NCBI GenBank assembly: GCA_050179685.1
Contig: JBFXEW010000016.1
Location: forward strand, 45,620 to 109,619
Reading direction: 5' to 3'
Origin: Salinivirgaceae bacterium
GTDB lineage: Bacteria > Bacteroidota > Bacteroidia > Bacteroidales > SZUA-534
DNA: 64,000 nt
The translations under genes and the position numbers were made by a program. The stretch's first letter is position 1; each line of letters opens with the position of its first letter. Positions 50,784-60,983 of this stretch are shown here, piece by piece. Under the pieces are notes generated by a model that ran no database searches, had not been told where the DNA came from, and saw only the letters and a program-made list of their open reading frames with translations.

Positions 50784-51446
50784 ATGATAAAATATTTAGT
50801 AATCAGCGTTTTTACGCTTTTTGTAGGAACGCTTTCAGCACAGAAAGATCCCGCAGCAGAAGCTTTGTTAAAGGCCATGGCCAACAAAGCCCAAACCTAT
50901 AAATCGATGGATGTTGAATTTGAATACACCCTCGAAAACAGTCAGAACAATTCCAAAGAGAATTACAAGGGTCGTGTGCTGATTAAGGGAAATAAATTCA
51001 GAATGCATATTGATGGCACCATTACTTTTAGCGATGGAAAAAGCCGATGGGTGTATCTGGAAGAAAGTAACGAAGTAAACGTTTCTACAGTAATTGAATC
51101 CGACGAATTGGAACCTGAAGAGCGCTTTATGAATCACCCGATGTCGTTATATACCCTTTACGAGAAAGGTTTTAAATATACGCTTACCGGAACGGAAACG
51201 GTTGATGGTGTGAATTATAATTTGGTTGATTTAACACCCGAAGATATTAGTAAACCCTATTTTAAGATACGTTGCTGGATTACTCCTCAAAATGAATTGA
51301 ATGCCTTAAAATACTTCCAGAAAGATGGAACACGGATTCTTCTGAAATTTATTTCGGTTGAGCTCGATAAAAAGGTAAAAGATAGCGATTTTGTTTTTTC
51401 TCCGAAGGATTATCCCGGAGTTGAAGTGATTGACATTAGAGACTAA
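50784..51446 (+). CDS. lolA: Outer-membrane lipoprotein carrier LolA-like
   Basis: Follows ftsK; signal peptide, KGNKF, DGKSRWVY..E.NEV, F.F...YPGVEVIDIR. Confidence 0.8.
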   Translation: MIKYLVISVFTLFVGTLSAQKDPAAEALLKAMANKAQTYKSMDVEFEYTLENSQNNSKENYKGRVLIKGNKFRMHIDGTITFSDGKSRWVYLEESNEVNVSTVIESDELEPEERFMNHPMSLYTLYEKGFKYTLTGTETVDGVNYNLVDLTPEDISKPYFKIRCWITPQNELNALKYFQKDGTRILLKFISVELDKKVKDSDFVFSPKDYPGVEVIDIRD

Positions 51447-51449
51447 AAC

Positions 51450-51483
51450 AAAAAAGCGAAGACCTTTAAATCTTCGCTTTTTT
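51450..51483. terminator. Bidirectional terminator
   Basis: aaaaaagcgaaga...tcttcgctttttt between convergent genes. Confidence 0.8.
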
Positions 51484-51503
51484 ATTTTAACCTGTTTAAG
51501 TTT

Positions 51504-51893
51504 TCACTGATTACGAATAATCTCGTCGATGGCGTTTTTAACGTTCTCGAACGCATTGTTGTCTTTTACTACATAGTTGGTAGCATTTTCGCGAACAAAA
51601 TCGTAAACCAGGTTACCGTCTTCCTGACCTGAAAGTATGATAACTTTTGCCTGAGGGTTTATGGAGTGAATCTCACGAAGTATTTCTAATCCGTTTTTTG
51701 CTTTGGGGTTCTCGCTATTCAGGTAATAGTCGAGTACAATTACATCGGGATTCAGATGCATGTGATTGATACACTCTTCGCCGGTTTGGAATGCTACGAT
51801 GTTGTAATCCGGATTATCAACCAACGATTCTTTCAGCATCTCCAAAAAAATAAAATCATCATCAACTAAGATGATATTGTACGTACCGTTCAT
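51504..51893 (-). CDS. Single-domain response regulator (start MNGTY at 51893)
   Basis: ILVDDD, PDVIVLDY, NGLEIL, IILSG, YVVK. Confidence 0.85.
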   Translation of the reverse strand: MNGTYNIILVDDDFIFLEMLKESLVDNPDYNIVAFQTGEECINHMHLNPDVIVLDYYLNSENPKAKNGLEILREIHSINPQAKVIILSGQEDGNLVYDFVRENATNYVVKDNNAFENVKNAIDEIIRNQ

Positions 51894-51973
51894 ATAATTT
51901 GACTGTTTAGGGTTATTTTGGCTAAAAATAGCATTTTTTTTATAAATTATTTTCTTCAACTATTGTTTTTGCT

Positions 51974-53323
51974 TTAACGCAATCCTTTGTGCCGGGTTAC
52001 AAAATAAAATATTTTTTGTTTAAGCTCTTCAGGATTAAAAGGTTTGATAATGTACTCGTCCATTCCATTTTCAAGAGCCTGATTTTTTTCACTGGCGTAG
52101 GCGTGGGCTGTCATGCCAATGATTGGAATTTGGTTGTACGGTGCTTCCATTTTGGTTCTGATGTATTGCGTAGCTTCATGTCCATCCATTTCTGGCATTT
52201 GAATATCCATTAAAATGAGATGGTATTTCTTTTTTTGAAGAGCCTCAATGGCTTCCTTGCCGTTTTCAGCAATATCCACATCAAAAGGTTCCTTCCACGA
52301 GAGAATGGTGTCTTTAGCCAATTCCTGATTAATCAGATTATCTTCAACCAAAAGTATCTGGATATTTTCGCCTTCCCGAAACAGATGTTCAATGGGTTCT
52401 TCGTGAATCTGACTTATTGTTGGTTCCGAGTCAGATACAATAGGAAACGGGATATTGAATGAAAAAGTTGAGCCTACATTTGGTTTGCTTTTTACTTCGA
52501 TGCTTCCGTTTTGCATGCTTACCAGTCGTTTAACAATGGCGAGTCCCAATCCGGTTCCACCGTAAAAGCGGCTGGTGTCGCTTTGCGCCTGCGTAAAACT
52601 CTCAAAAATACTTTCCAGTTGGTTTTCATCAATGCCAATTCCCTGGTCGGTAACGGCAAATTGCAGGTTGCATGTGTCGTTGTTTTCGGAGCAATCGACC
52701 TCAATGGAAATATTTTGGTTTTGGTGAGAAAACTTAATGGCGTTGCTTATTAAATTGACAATTATTTGTGACAATCGGTTGGGGTCGCCTTTCAAAACGC
52801 GTGGTAATAGCGGGTTGATGTGTATTTCGAGCGAAACGTTTTTTTCTTCGGCTTTAAATTTTAAAGTTGAAATGGCTTGGGTAATAATCTCGAGTGGACG
52901 AAAATTTATGGTTTCCAGAATCATTTTTCCGGCTTCAATTTTCGAGAAATCGAGTAAATCGTCAATAATAATTGCCAGGTTGTCGCTGGCCTGAATTATA
53001 TTGAACAAATAAGGATTGGCTTCTTTGGTTTTCGATTTGGCTTCCATTAATTTGGCGTAACCAATTATGGCATTCAGCGGGGTGCGAATTTCGTGGCTAA
53101 TGTTGGCTAAAAACTGGCTTTTAAAATCGGACAGTCGTTCGGCGCTTATTTTTGCTTCAATTAACTGAAGGTTGGTGTTTTGCAAATCTTTTTTTTGATT
53201 TTCAATTTTATCCTGTTGGTCGTGTAGTTTTTTGTAAGCTTTTTTCATTGTAAATGAAAAATAAGCTATGTAAGCTATTGCGGCCAATAATAATACAGTA
53301 ACAATAATTGTTAACAACGACAT
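51974..53323 (-). CDS. Hybrid histidine kinase (TM, coiled coil, HisKA, HATPase, REC)
   Basis: FLANISHEIRTPLN, NLISNAIKF, GGTGLGL, LMDIQMPEMDG, KPF. Confidence 0.92.
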   Translation of the reverse strand: MSLLTIIVTVLLLAAIAYIAYFSFTMKKAYKKLHDQQDKIENQKKDLQNTNLQLIEAKISAERLSDFKSQFLANISHEIRTPLNAIIGYAKLMEAKSKTKEANPYLFNIIQASDNLAIIIDDLLDFSKIEAGKMILETINFRPLEIITQAISTLKFKAEEKNVSLEIHINPLLPRVLKGDPNRLSQIIVNLISNAIKFSHQNQNISIEVDCSENNDTCNLQFAVTDQGIGIDENQLESIFESFTQAQSDTSRFYGGTGLGLAIVKRLVSMQNGSIEVKSKPNVGSTFSFNIPFPIVSDSEPTISQIHEEPIEHLFREGENIQILLVEDNLINQELAKDTILSWKEPFDVDIAENGKEAIEALQKKKYHLILMDIQMPEMDGHEATQYIRTKMEAPYNQIPIIGMTAHAYASEKNQALENGMDEYIIKPFNPEELKQKIFYFVTRHKGLR

Positions 53324-53562
53324 GGTTTTGTTTTTAGTTAATGGTGTTTTAATACCATTTGGTTACTTCATTATTCTACTTTATTCGGCATATTAATAAA
53401 TTGATATAGTGCATTCTAGTATCGGGTTCTGATGAATAAAATGCAAAAACACCAACGGGCCAAAAGTACATAATAGTTAATTAAAATAACTATTGTTTAG
53501 AAGCATTATTTTAATCTGTTTTACTATTTCGTTAACTCAATTGTAAGCAAAGAATAGCCCAA

Positions 53563-55824
53563 TTAGTTAAGGGGTTTTGATTCGAGATAAGCTTCGATTT
53601 CTGGCGTGGCTTTTTCCCAATAAGTTTTAATTTCAAGAATTAGTTGTTCTATCTCTGGTTCTTTCGATTCGGGTTTTTGCGAAAGCAATTCTATATTTTT
53701 GGCATTTTCCTGCATCGTTAACATGCCAAGATAACCCAGCTTTGGTTTTAGCGCATGTGCTTTGTTGCGAAGCATATTCCATCCTTCCTGATTGTACGAA
53801 TCCTGTATTTCACTCAGTTCATTGGGAATACTGTCGAGACACATTTTTACAATCTTTGCAATCTTATCGTGATTGTTTTGGTAAATTTTTACCAGATTAT
53901 CGGTATTAAAATAATTAAAGGTAACCGTGGTAGCCACCGATTCAGGTTTTTTGCTTCGTGGTTTTTCCGATGGAATGCTTTGAGAAACAGCTTCAATTTT
54001 ATTGTTTGCAAATTGTAAAATTTTGGCAAATAGGTCTTCCGGGTCAAAGGGTTTCGATATGTAATCGTTCATCCCGATTGTCAGGCAATTGTCTTTTTCG
54101 TTTTTAAGTGCATGAGCTGTCATGGCAACAATGGGAGTCTGGCTTTTTGAACCGGGCAGTTTTCGTATGGTTTTTGTGGCTTCAATGCCGTCCATAACCG
54201 GCATTTGTATGTCCATCAGAACTAAATCGTAATCAATTTCTTTAATCTTATCAAGAGCGATGCTTCCATTTTCAGCAACATCAATTTTTATGTTCGGGTT
54301 CCATGCTTTAATGGTGTCAAAAGCCAGTTGCTGATTTATTATATTGTCTTCGACCAATAAAATATGCATCAGGTTGGCCGGTTCATGACTGAGTTTTTTC
54401 GAAGTGTGAACAACCTGCGATTGGGTGTCATCATTTCCGGCCAGCATCAAAATATAAAAAGTAAATGCGGTTCCTTTGCCCGGTTGCGATTCTACGGTTA
54501 TTTCACCTTCCTGCAATTCAATAAGTTGTTTTACTATCGATAAGCCCAGCCCGGTACCACCGTACTTACGGGTTGTATCGCTTTCGCCCTGGGTGAAACT
54601 CTGAAAAATATTCTGAAGTTTGTCGTGGGCAATCCCAATTCCGTTGTCTTCAACCTTAAATAATAATTTAATTTTATCTCCGGTGGTTTTGCCTTTGGTG
54701 GTTATGAGCCGCACGTAACCTCCCGGATTGGTAAATTTTATGGCATTGCCCAGCAGGTTAATCAGAATTTGATTTAAACGAACCGGATCGCCGACAATTA
54801 CCTGCGGAATGTCGTTCGATACATCGAAACTTAATTGAATATCTTTTTCCTGCGATTTTACCGAAAGTGTGCTTATGGTGTGTTTTATCAGGTTTCGGAA
54901 ATCGAATTCAATTTGTTCCAGGGTAAGTTTGCCCGATTCTATTTTTGAGAAATCTAAAATATCGTTGATAACCACTAACAGATTGTTTCCCGAAGCTTTT
55001 ATATTTTCGAGGTATTTGGTTTGGTGCTCTTCAAGCTTGGTGCTTAGCAGCAGGTTGGTAAAGCCAATAATGGCATTTAACGGCGTGCGAATTTCGTGAC
55101 TGGTATTGGCCAGAAAGATTTCTTTCATTCGGCTGCTTTCCCTGATTTCCTGGTTAGCCCGTTCTAATTCAATTTTTTGCTTATTTATTGTATCGAGCGC
55201 ACTTTCGAGCTCGTTTTTTTGAATTTCAATTTTGCGCAATGCTTTTTGTAATACAATGTGGTGCTTGCTCGATTTTTTAAAAGCCAGCTCCAGTTCACTT
55301 TTTTGTGCTTCAATTTCGTCAATTTGGCGAAGTGCGAAGTTTCGTTGTTCTTCCAAATCTTTGTTGGGTTCGTTAGCAGCCTGGCGCGAGTTGGTCGATA
55401 TAAGCTCCTGTAAAACAAGAATTACACCCTGAATTTCATCTTCTTCAAAAATTGGTGTAAAAATTAAATCGCGACGGGTAACTACATTTTTATCGAGTTC
55501 TTCAAAAAGCTTAAGCGAAATATTTTTTTTATGCTTGATGGCCGAATCGAAATACTTATCGATATTTTTTAAGCGATGCAGTTCGGTTATGTGTTGCCCG
55601 CTTTCTATTTTAAAAAGGTTGTTTAAAGGGCTCTGATTATTTGATTTTGAAAGCAGTTTACCGTCGGGCGAAAAGAAAAAGGAATAGGTTTTTTTCTGAA
55701 CCACATTATCTTCGTTGAGCACGCCCACATCAATCGATTTGTCCTGCTGCTTAAAGATGGCATAAAACAAGGTTCCAACCAATGCCAGTAAAAAAATAAT
55801 AGCCCCAATGAGTACCGATTCCAT
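53563..55824 (-). CDS. Hybrid histidine kinase with REC and C-terminal Hpt domain
   Basis: FLANTSHEIRTPLN, NLLGNAIKFT, GGTGLGL, LMDIQMPVMDG, AHALKPKLGYLG. Confidence 0.9.
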   Translation of the reverse strand: MESVLIGAIIFLLALVGTLFYAIFKQQDKSIDVGVLNEDNVVQKKTYSFFFSPDGKLLSKSNNQSPLNNLFKIESGQHITELHRLKNIDKYFDSAIKHKKNISLKLFEELDKNVVTRRDLIFTPIFEEDEIQGVILVLQELISTNSRQAANEPNKDLEEQRNFALRQIDEIEAQKSELELAFKKSSKHHIVLQKALRKIEIQKNELESALDTINKQKIELERANQEIRESSRMKEIFLANTSHEIRTPLNAIIGFTNLLLSTKLEEHQTKYLENIKASGNNLLVVINDILDFSKIESGKLTLEQIEFDFRNLIKHTISTLSVKSQEKDIQLSFDVSNDIPQVIVGDPVRLNQILINLLGNAIKFTNPGGYVRLITTKGKTTGDKIKLLFKVEDNGIGIAHDKLQNIFQSFTQGESDTTRKYGGTGLGLSIVKQLIELQEGEITVESQPGKGTAFTFYILMLAGNDDTQSQVVHTSKKLSHEPANLMHILLVEDNIINQQLAFDTIKAWNPNIKIDVAENGSIALDKIKEIDYDLVLMDIQMPVMDGIEATKTIRKLPGSKSQTPIVAMTAHALKNEKDNCLTIGMNDYISKPFDPEDLFAKILQFANNKIEAVSQSIPSEKPRSKKPESVATTVTFNYFNTDNLVKIYQNNHDKIAKIVKMCLDSIPNELSEIQDSYNQEGWNMLRNKAHALKPKLGYLGMLTMQENAKNIELLSQKPESKEPEIEQLILEIKTYWEKATPEIEAYLESKPLN

Positions 55825-55962
55825 AAATTGGTGTGTTCCTTGTTGATTAAGACGTGAAATTTAACAGTATTTAAAGATAAATTCAAGCAAAACGGGCTAA
55901 AATTTAAGCATCATTAAAATGTTAAACTTTTAATTGAATAAAATTCAGGCGTCAATTCAATT

Positions 55963-55998
55963 AAAAAAGGCCCAACCCTATTTGAGTCAGGCCTTTTT
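55963..55998 (-). terminator. Intrinsic terminator
   Basis: aaaaaaggcc...ggccttttt. Confidence 0.55.
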
Positions 55999-56014
55999 AT
56001 CAAAAGGTAATATT

Positions 56015-57346
56015 TTAGAATAAAAAGTTTAATCCAATGTATAAGCCCATATCCCCATCTTGTTCTTTAAGCGGGAAACCGGCATCTACTGCCACAATAA
56101 AATTCTGGTTCATGGCAATACGGAATCCGGTACCATAGGTAATATGAACTTTATCTTCTTTAAGTTCGTTGTCAAAGTATTCGTCCTGATTTACAGTTAG
56201 CGGAATTGACGATTTGTCAATTTTTTTATCCTGAAGCACTTCTCCAAAATCCATAAACGGACTTAAGGCCAGATAGAAGTTTTGGTTTTTAAAGGTAAAG
56301 TGGGTAAACTTCCAACGTAATTCCAGGTTTCCATACATCATGCCTTTGCCAACCACACGGTTACGCACCAAGCCACGAACCGATTTTGAACCACCCAATC
56401 CATCGGTTGTTGACGAGGGAATAAAGGAGAAAACCATATTGGGCAGCGCATAAAAAGGTGCATCGCCGGCAATTATTCCCTGGTAGCCCAGGCGATAAGC
56501 AAACGAAAGGTTTTCATCAATTAAAGTGAAATATTGACGATGGGTTATTGCCAGTTTGGTATAAGTAAAGTCGGAATTAAGCGATTGCGCCACCACCACT
56601 TCCGACCATAAACCTTTCATGGGGTTTGGCTCGTTGTCGCGGGTATCGAAAACCACTCCGGCTTTTAAAGTAGTGAAAAATCCGCCATCGGTTTCTTCGG
56701 GTTTAATAATGCCCCATTCCACATAATTATCAAATAATGTAGCAGTGTCAGGCAGTATTTTATCGCCCGATTTTCCTTTGTTCAATTTGTCAACATCTAC
56801 AGTAGAAATTACTATGTTGTTTAATTCAAGTCCGGCAGCCCAGTTTAGGTTTTCCAAACCGGTTTTTCCCTGAAAATCGAGCTTGGTGCGAAACATGTTT
56901 CGCTTGTGTTTATAAAACATACGGGTCTTATACGAGTCGCTGGAATCATCTTCCCAATCCTTATTTAAAATAGACTTATATCCGTTAAATCCATAAAAGT
57001 CAAGTGCCTCATCTGGTAAATAGGCAATATCGCCGGTAAACCGGATGTTTGGAATCAGAAATTTTGAGTCGTAAAAAAATCGGTAAATACCGCTTCCTTT
57101 GGTATAACGCGAGATTTCAGCATAAAACGAGTGATAATACATGGGATAAGCTTTCCCGTCGCCGTAATTATAAATATTTGTGAGTGCTCCGTATTGGAGT
57201 CCCAGGTCGGTATTGTAGGTTATTACCGGTAAAGCTCCAAAGTTCCATCCGGTTTTTGTTTTTGTTTCTTTCTCGGCTTCCTGCCCCAGAACAACCAGGC
57301 TACAAAGCAATAGCAAGGCACCCAAAACTGTTTTTGATTGGCTCAT
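56015..57346 (-). CDS. Omp85/BamA-TamA family outer-membrane barrel protein without POTRA domains
   Basis: Signal peptide, FDTRDNE.NP..G, GGSKSVRG, ELRW, FMDFG, YGTGFR, C-terminal F. Confidence 0.8.
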   Translation of the reverse strand: MSQSKTVLGALLLLCSLVVLGQEAEKETKTKTGWNFGALPVITYNTDLGLQYGALTNIYNYGDGKAYPMYYHSFYAEISRYTKGSGIYRFFYDSKFLIPNIRFTGDIAYLPDEALDFYGFNGYKSILNKDWEDDSSDSYKTRMFYKHKRNMFRTKLDFQGKTGLENLNWAAGLELNNIVISTVDVDKLNKGKSGDKILPDTATLFDNYVEWGIIKPEETDGGFFTTLKAGVVFDTRDNEPNPMKGLWSEVVVAQSLNSDFTYTKLAITHRQYFTLIDENLSFAYRLGYQGIIAGDAPFYALPNMVFSFIPSSTTDGLGGSKSVRGLVRNRVVGKGMMYGNLELRWKFTHFTFKNQNFYLALSPFMDFGEVLQDKKIDKSSIPLTVNQDEYFDNELKEDKVHITYGTGFRIAMNQNFIVAVDAGFPLKEQDGDMGLYIGLNFLF

Positions 57347-57564
57347 ACGTTTTTAATTTATAGTTTATGTTGTTTGCATTCCTAAGCAGCTAATATAAGT
57401 AGTTTTTTAATACCATTGCCAGTAGTAGCTTTTTTGTGCCAATTTTTCAGGTGTTATAATGCTTTATAATAGGCCAAAACTTTAGGTTGTTAATGGGGCT
57501 TTACTTATTTTCGGTTCCTGTTAAGTGAATCAATTTCGATGGATATTTTTTAAATATTTAAGCA

Positions 57565-58809
57565 ATGAAAACTGTATTTACCCATATAAAAAGCCTTATT
57601 CAGGTGGAGGAAACTCCCCGTAAATGGGTGGCTGGAACCGATATGGCCCTACTTCCCGTGCTCGAAAATGCCTATTTGGTAGTCGATAAGGGATTGATTG
57701 TTGATTTTGGTTTGATGAGCGCCATGCCCGACTTTTCAGCAGACGATTCGCTTTTGGAAATTGATGCTACCGGACGAATGATTTTACCTGCATTTTGCGA
57801 TTCACACACGCATCTGGTTTATGCCGGAAGCCGCGAAATTGAATATGTCGATAAAATTAAAGGCTTAAGTTACGAAGAAATTGCCCGGCGGGGAGGTGGA
57901 ATCCTGAATTCGTCGAAGCGTCTTGAGGAGGCTTCTGAAGAGGAACTTTACGATGATGCAGTTGAGAGGATTCGTGAGATTGTGTCCTTTGGTACCGGCG
58001 CTGTTGAAATAAAAAGTGGTTATGGTTTGTCGACCCAAAACGAGTTGAAGACTCTTAGGGTAATCAAAAAACTAAAGGAAACCATGCCGGTTGAGATTAA
58101 AGCTACTTTTTTGGGAGCTCATGCAGTTCCTATGGAATATAAAGGGCGCCAGAGCGCGTATGTTGATTTGATAATTAACGAAATGATTCCTCAGGTTGCA
58201 TCCGAAAAATTAGTCGATTATGTTGATGTTTTCTGCGACAAAGGGTTTTTTACAGTCTACGAAACGGAACGCATCTTATTGGCAGCTAAGAAATATGGCT
58301 TACGCGGGAAAATTCATGCCAATGAACTCGATTATTCAGGAGGAATTCAGGTGGGGGTAAAACACAATGCCCTTTCGGTTGATCATTTGGAATATGTTGG
58401 CGATGCTGAGATTCAGGCATTATTGGGTTCTGAAACCATGCCAACTATTTTGCCGGGAGCTGCATTTTTTCTGAATATGCCTTACTCTCCGGTTCGTAAA
58501 ATGATGGACGCAGGACTGCCAATTGCCCTGGCCAGCGATTTTAATCCGGGTTCCTCACCATCGGGAAATATGAAGTTTATTATGTCGCTGGGTTGTATCA
58601 ATTACCGGATGACCCCCGAAGAAGTTATTAATGCTACTACCATTAATTCAGCTTATGCTATGGGAATTCAGGAAACACATGGCTCTATTTGTCGTGGAAA
58701 AGTGGCAAACCTGTATATTACCAAAGAAATTCCAACTTACCATTATCTGCCTTATGCTTATACCAGTCACCTGGTCGACCGGGTAATGCTAAACGGTGAG
58801 TTTGTTTAA
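57565..58809 (+). CDS. hutI: Imidazolonepropionase
   Basis: DSHTHLV, GGGILNS, EIKSGYGL, FLGAHA, IHANE, SVDHLE, ASDFNPGSSP. Confidence 0.95.
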   Translation: MKTVFTHIKSLIQVEETPRKWVAGTDMALLPVLENAYLVVDKGLIVDFGLMSAMPDFSADDSLLEIDATGRMILPAFCDSHTHLVYAGSREIEYVDKIKGLSYEEIARRGGGILNSSKRLEEASEEELYDDAVERIREIVSFGTGAVEIKSGYGLSTQNELKTLRVIKKLKETMPVEIKATFLGAHAVPMEYKGRQSAYVDLIINEMIPQVASEKLVDYVDVFCDKGFFTVYETERILLAAKKYGLRGKIHANELDYSGGIQVGVKHNALSVDHLEYVGDAEIQALLGSETMPTILPGAAFFLNMPYSPVRKMMDAGLPIALASDFNPGSSPSGNMKFIMSLGCINYRMTPEEVINATTINSAYAMGIQETHGSICRGKVANLYITKEIPTYHYLPYAYTSHLVDRVMLNGEFV

Positions 58810-58967
58810 CGAAACACATATATTATATATAGTGGCTCCTTTTATAACGATAAGGACAGGGCTTGAGAATAAAAACTAATTTATGTAGCCAGAAGTTAAA
58901 AATGAAGTAGCAAAAAATTGTAAGTAGAAATTCAATTGTAATATTTCTGATTTAATACCTTATAATA

Positions 58968-60665
58968 ATGAATCAAAAACTTATAGAATGTGTTCCCAAT
59001 TTTAGCGAGGGAAACGATATGCACCTGATTAACCAGATAACCGCCGAAATTGAGTCGGTAGATGGGGTTAAATTAATTGATGTGGATCCGGGTAAAGCAA
59101 CCAACAGAACAGTAGTTACCATGGTTGGAACTCCCGATGAAGTTTGCGAAGCGGCATTTCGGGCAGTTAAAAAAGCCTCGGAACTTATCGACATGAGTAA
59201 ACACAAAGGAGCGCATCCTCGTTTTGGTGCTACCGATGTTTGTCCTTTAATTCCGGTTTCGAATATTACTATGGAAGAAACTGTGGCTTATGCCCACAAG
59301 CTGGCCGAGCGAATTGGTAAGGAATTAGCCATTCCGATTTACTGCTACGAATCGGCAGCAAAAGAACCCAAGCGAAAAAATCTGGCCAACTGCCGGAGTG
59401 GAGAATACGAAGGATTAAAAGAAAAACTTTCCAATCTCGATTGGAAACCTGATTTTGGTCCTGCCAAATTCGATGAAAAAGTTTCCCGCACGGGAGCAAC
59501 AGCAGTGGGCGCACGCAATTTTTTGATTGCTTATAATGTGAATTTAAATACCACATCAACCCGGCGGGCAAATGCTGTGGCTTTTGATCTCAGGGAACGG
59601 GGCCGGGCTAAAACCGATCCAAAAACAAGCAAGCCGGTTCTCGATGCTAAAGGAGAACCAGTTTTTGAACCGGGATTATTAAAATCAGTTAAAGCTATTG
59701 GGTGGTTTATCGAGGAATTTGGTATTGCTCAAATAAGCATGAATCTTACTGACATTTCTGTTACGCCGCTTCATGTAGCCTTCGATAAGGCTTGTGAACG
59801 GGCACAAGCCCGTGGGCTTCGGGTAAGTGGTTCCGAATTGGTAGGTGTGGTTCCCCTAAATGCCATGCTCGAAGCCGGAAAGTATTTTCTGCGCAAGCAG
59901 CAACGTTCGGTAGGCGTTTCCGACAAAGAACTTATAAAAATTGCTGTTAAGTCCATGGGTCTCGACGAATTGTATCCTTTCGATCCTGATAAAAAAATAA
60001 TAGAATATATATTGGCTAAAGAGGAGCAAAGTGGTAAAAAGCAATTGGTTGATATGTCTTTAACTGCATTTGCTGAAGAAACGGCTTCTGAATCACCGGC
60101 CCCTGGTGGCGGCTCCATAGCAGCTTACATGGGAGCTTTGGGTGCATCGTTGGGAGGAATGGTGGCAAATTTATCATCGCACAAACGAGGTTGGGACGAG
60201 CGTTGGGAAGAATTCAGCAACTGGGCTGAACGCGCAAAAACTTTCCAGGTACAATTATTAAAGATGGTTGATGAAGATACCAATGCTTTTAATAAAATAA
60301 TGGATGCTTTTGCTTTGCCTAAGAACTCTGATGAAGAGAAGCAACAAAGAACCAAAGCAATTCAGGAGGCTACCAAATATGCTACCGAAGTGCCTTTTCA
60401 AACCATGAAGTTATGTTTTGAATCGATGCAGGTAATGAAAGCAATGGCTGAAACAGGAAATCCAAATTCGGTAAGCGATGCCGGAGTTGGTGCCATTGCG
60501 GCCCGGGCAGGTGTTGCAGGTGCTTTTTTGAATGTCAAAATAAATGCTGCCGGTTTAAACGATAAGGAATTTGCTACATATATAATTAATAAGGCTAATT
60601 CGTTGTTGAAAAAAGCCGGCGAATTAGAAGCTGAGATTCTCGATTTGGTTGAGAAAAAAATATAA
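58968..60665 (+). CDS. ftcd: Bifunctional glutamate formimidoyltransferase/cyclodeaminase
   Basis: ECVPNFSEG, NRTVVT, HPRFGATDVCP, QISMNL, SPAPGGGS, NPNSVSDAGV, NVKIN. Confidence 0.93.
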   Translation: MNQKLIECVPNFSEGNDMHLINQITAEIESVDGVKLIDVDPGKATNRTVVTMVGTPDEVCEAAFRAVKKASELIDMSKHKGAHPRFGATDVCPLIPVSNITMEETVAYAHKLAERIGKELAIPIYCYESAAKEPKRKNLANCRSGEYEGLKEKLSNLDWKPDFGPAKFDEKVSRTGATAVGARNFLIAYNVNLNTTSTRRANAVAFDLRERGRAKTDPKTSKPVLDAKGEPVFEPGLLKSVKAIGWFIEEFGIAQISMNLTDISVTPLHVAFDKACERAQARGLRVSGSELVGVVPLNAMLEAGKYFLRKQQRSVGVSDKELIKIAVKSMGLDELYPFDPDKKIIEYILAKEEQSGKKQLVDMSLTAFAEETASESPAPGGGSIAAYMGALGASLGGMVANLSSHKRGWDERWEEFSNWAERAKTFQVQLLKMVDEDTNAFNKIMDAFALPKNSDEEKQQRTKAIQEATKYATEVPFQTMKLCFESMQVMKAMAETGNPNSVSDAGVGAIAARAGVAGAFLNVKINAAGLNDKEFATYIINKANSLLKKAGELEAEILDLVEKKI

Positions 60666-60685
60666 ACAAAACCCTCGAATTAAAG

Positions 60686-60719
60686 AAAAGGTGAATCTTT
60701 TAGGGGATTCACCTTTTTT
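60686..60719 (+). terminator. Intrinsic terminator
   Basis: aaaaggtgaatc...gattcacctttttt. Confidence 0.8.
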
Positions 60720-60983
60720 ATTTATACCGTGGCAACTAGTATTATTAGCCAACATGCTCTTTAACATTAACTTTGAAAGTTAAAATTCAAGTTCTTAAAA
60801 ATTAAGCAGTTTGCCAGAATATATAATCGTATTTTAACGATGAATAAAGCGTAAAAAACGGTAAAGCCTTTGCAAAACATGAGTTTTCTCAGTTAAAAGT
60901 TTGTTTGTTTCCATTTTTTTCCTCAATTTAGTGCCTGCATAACAACATTTAACAACTATTTATTAACTTAAATTTGTTTATTT

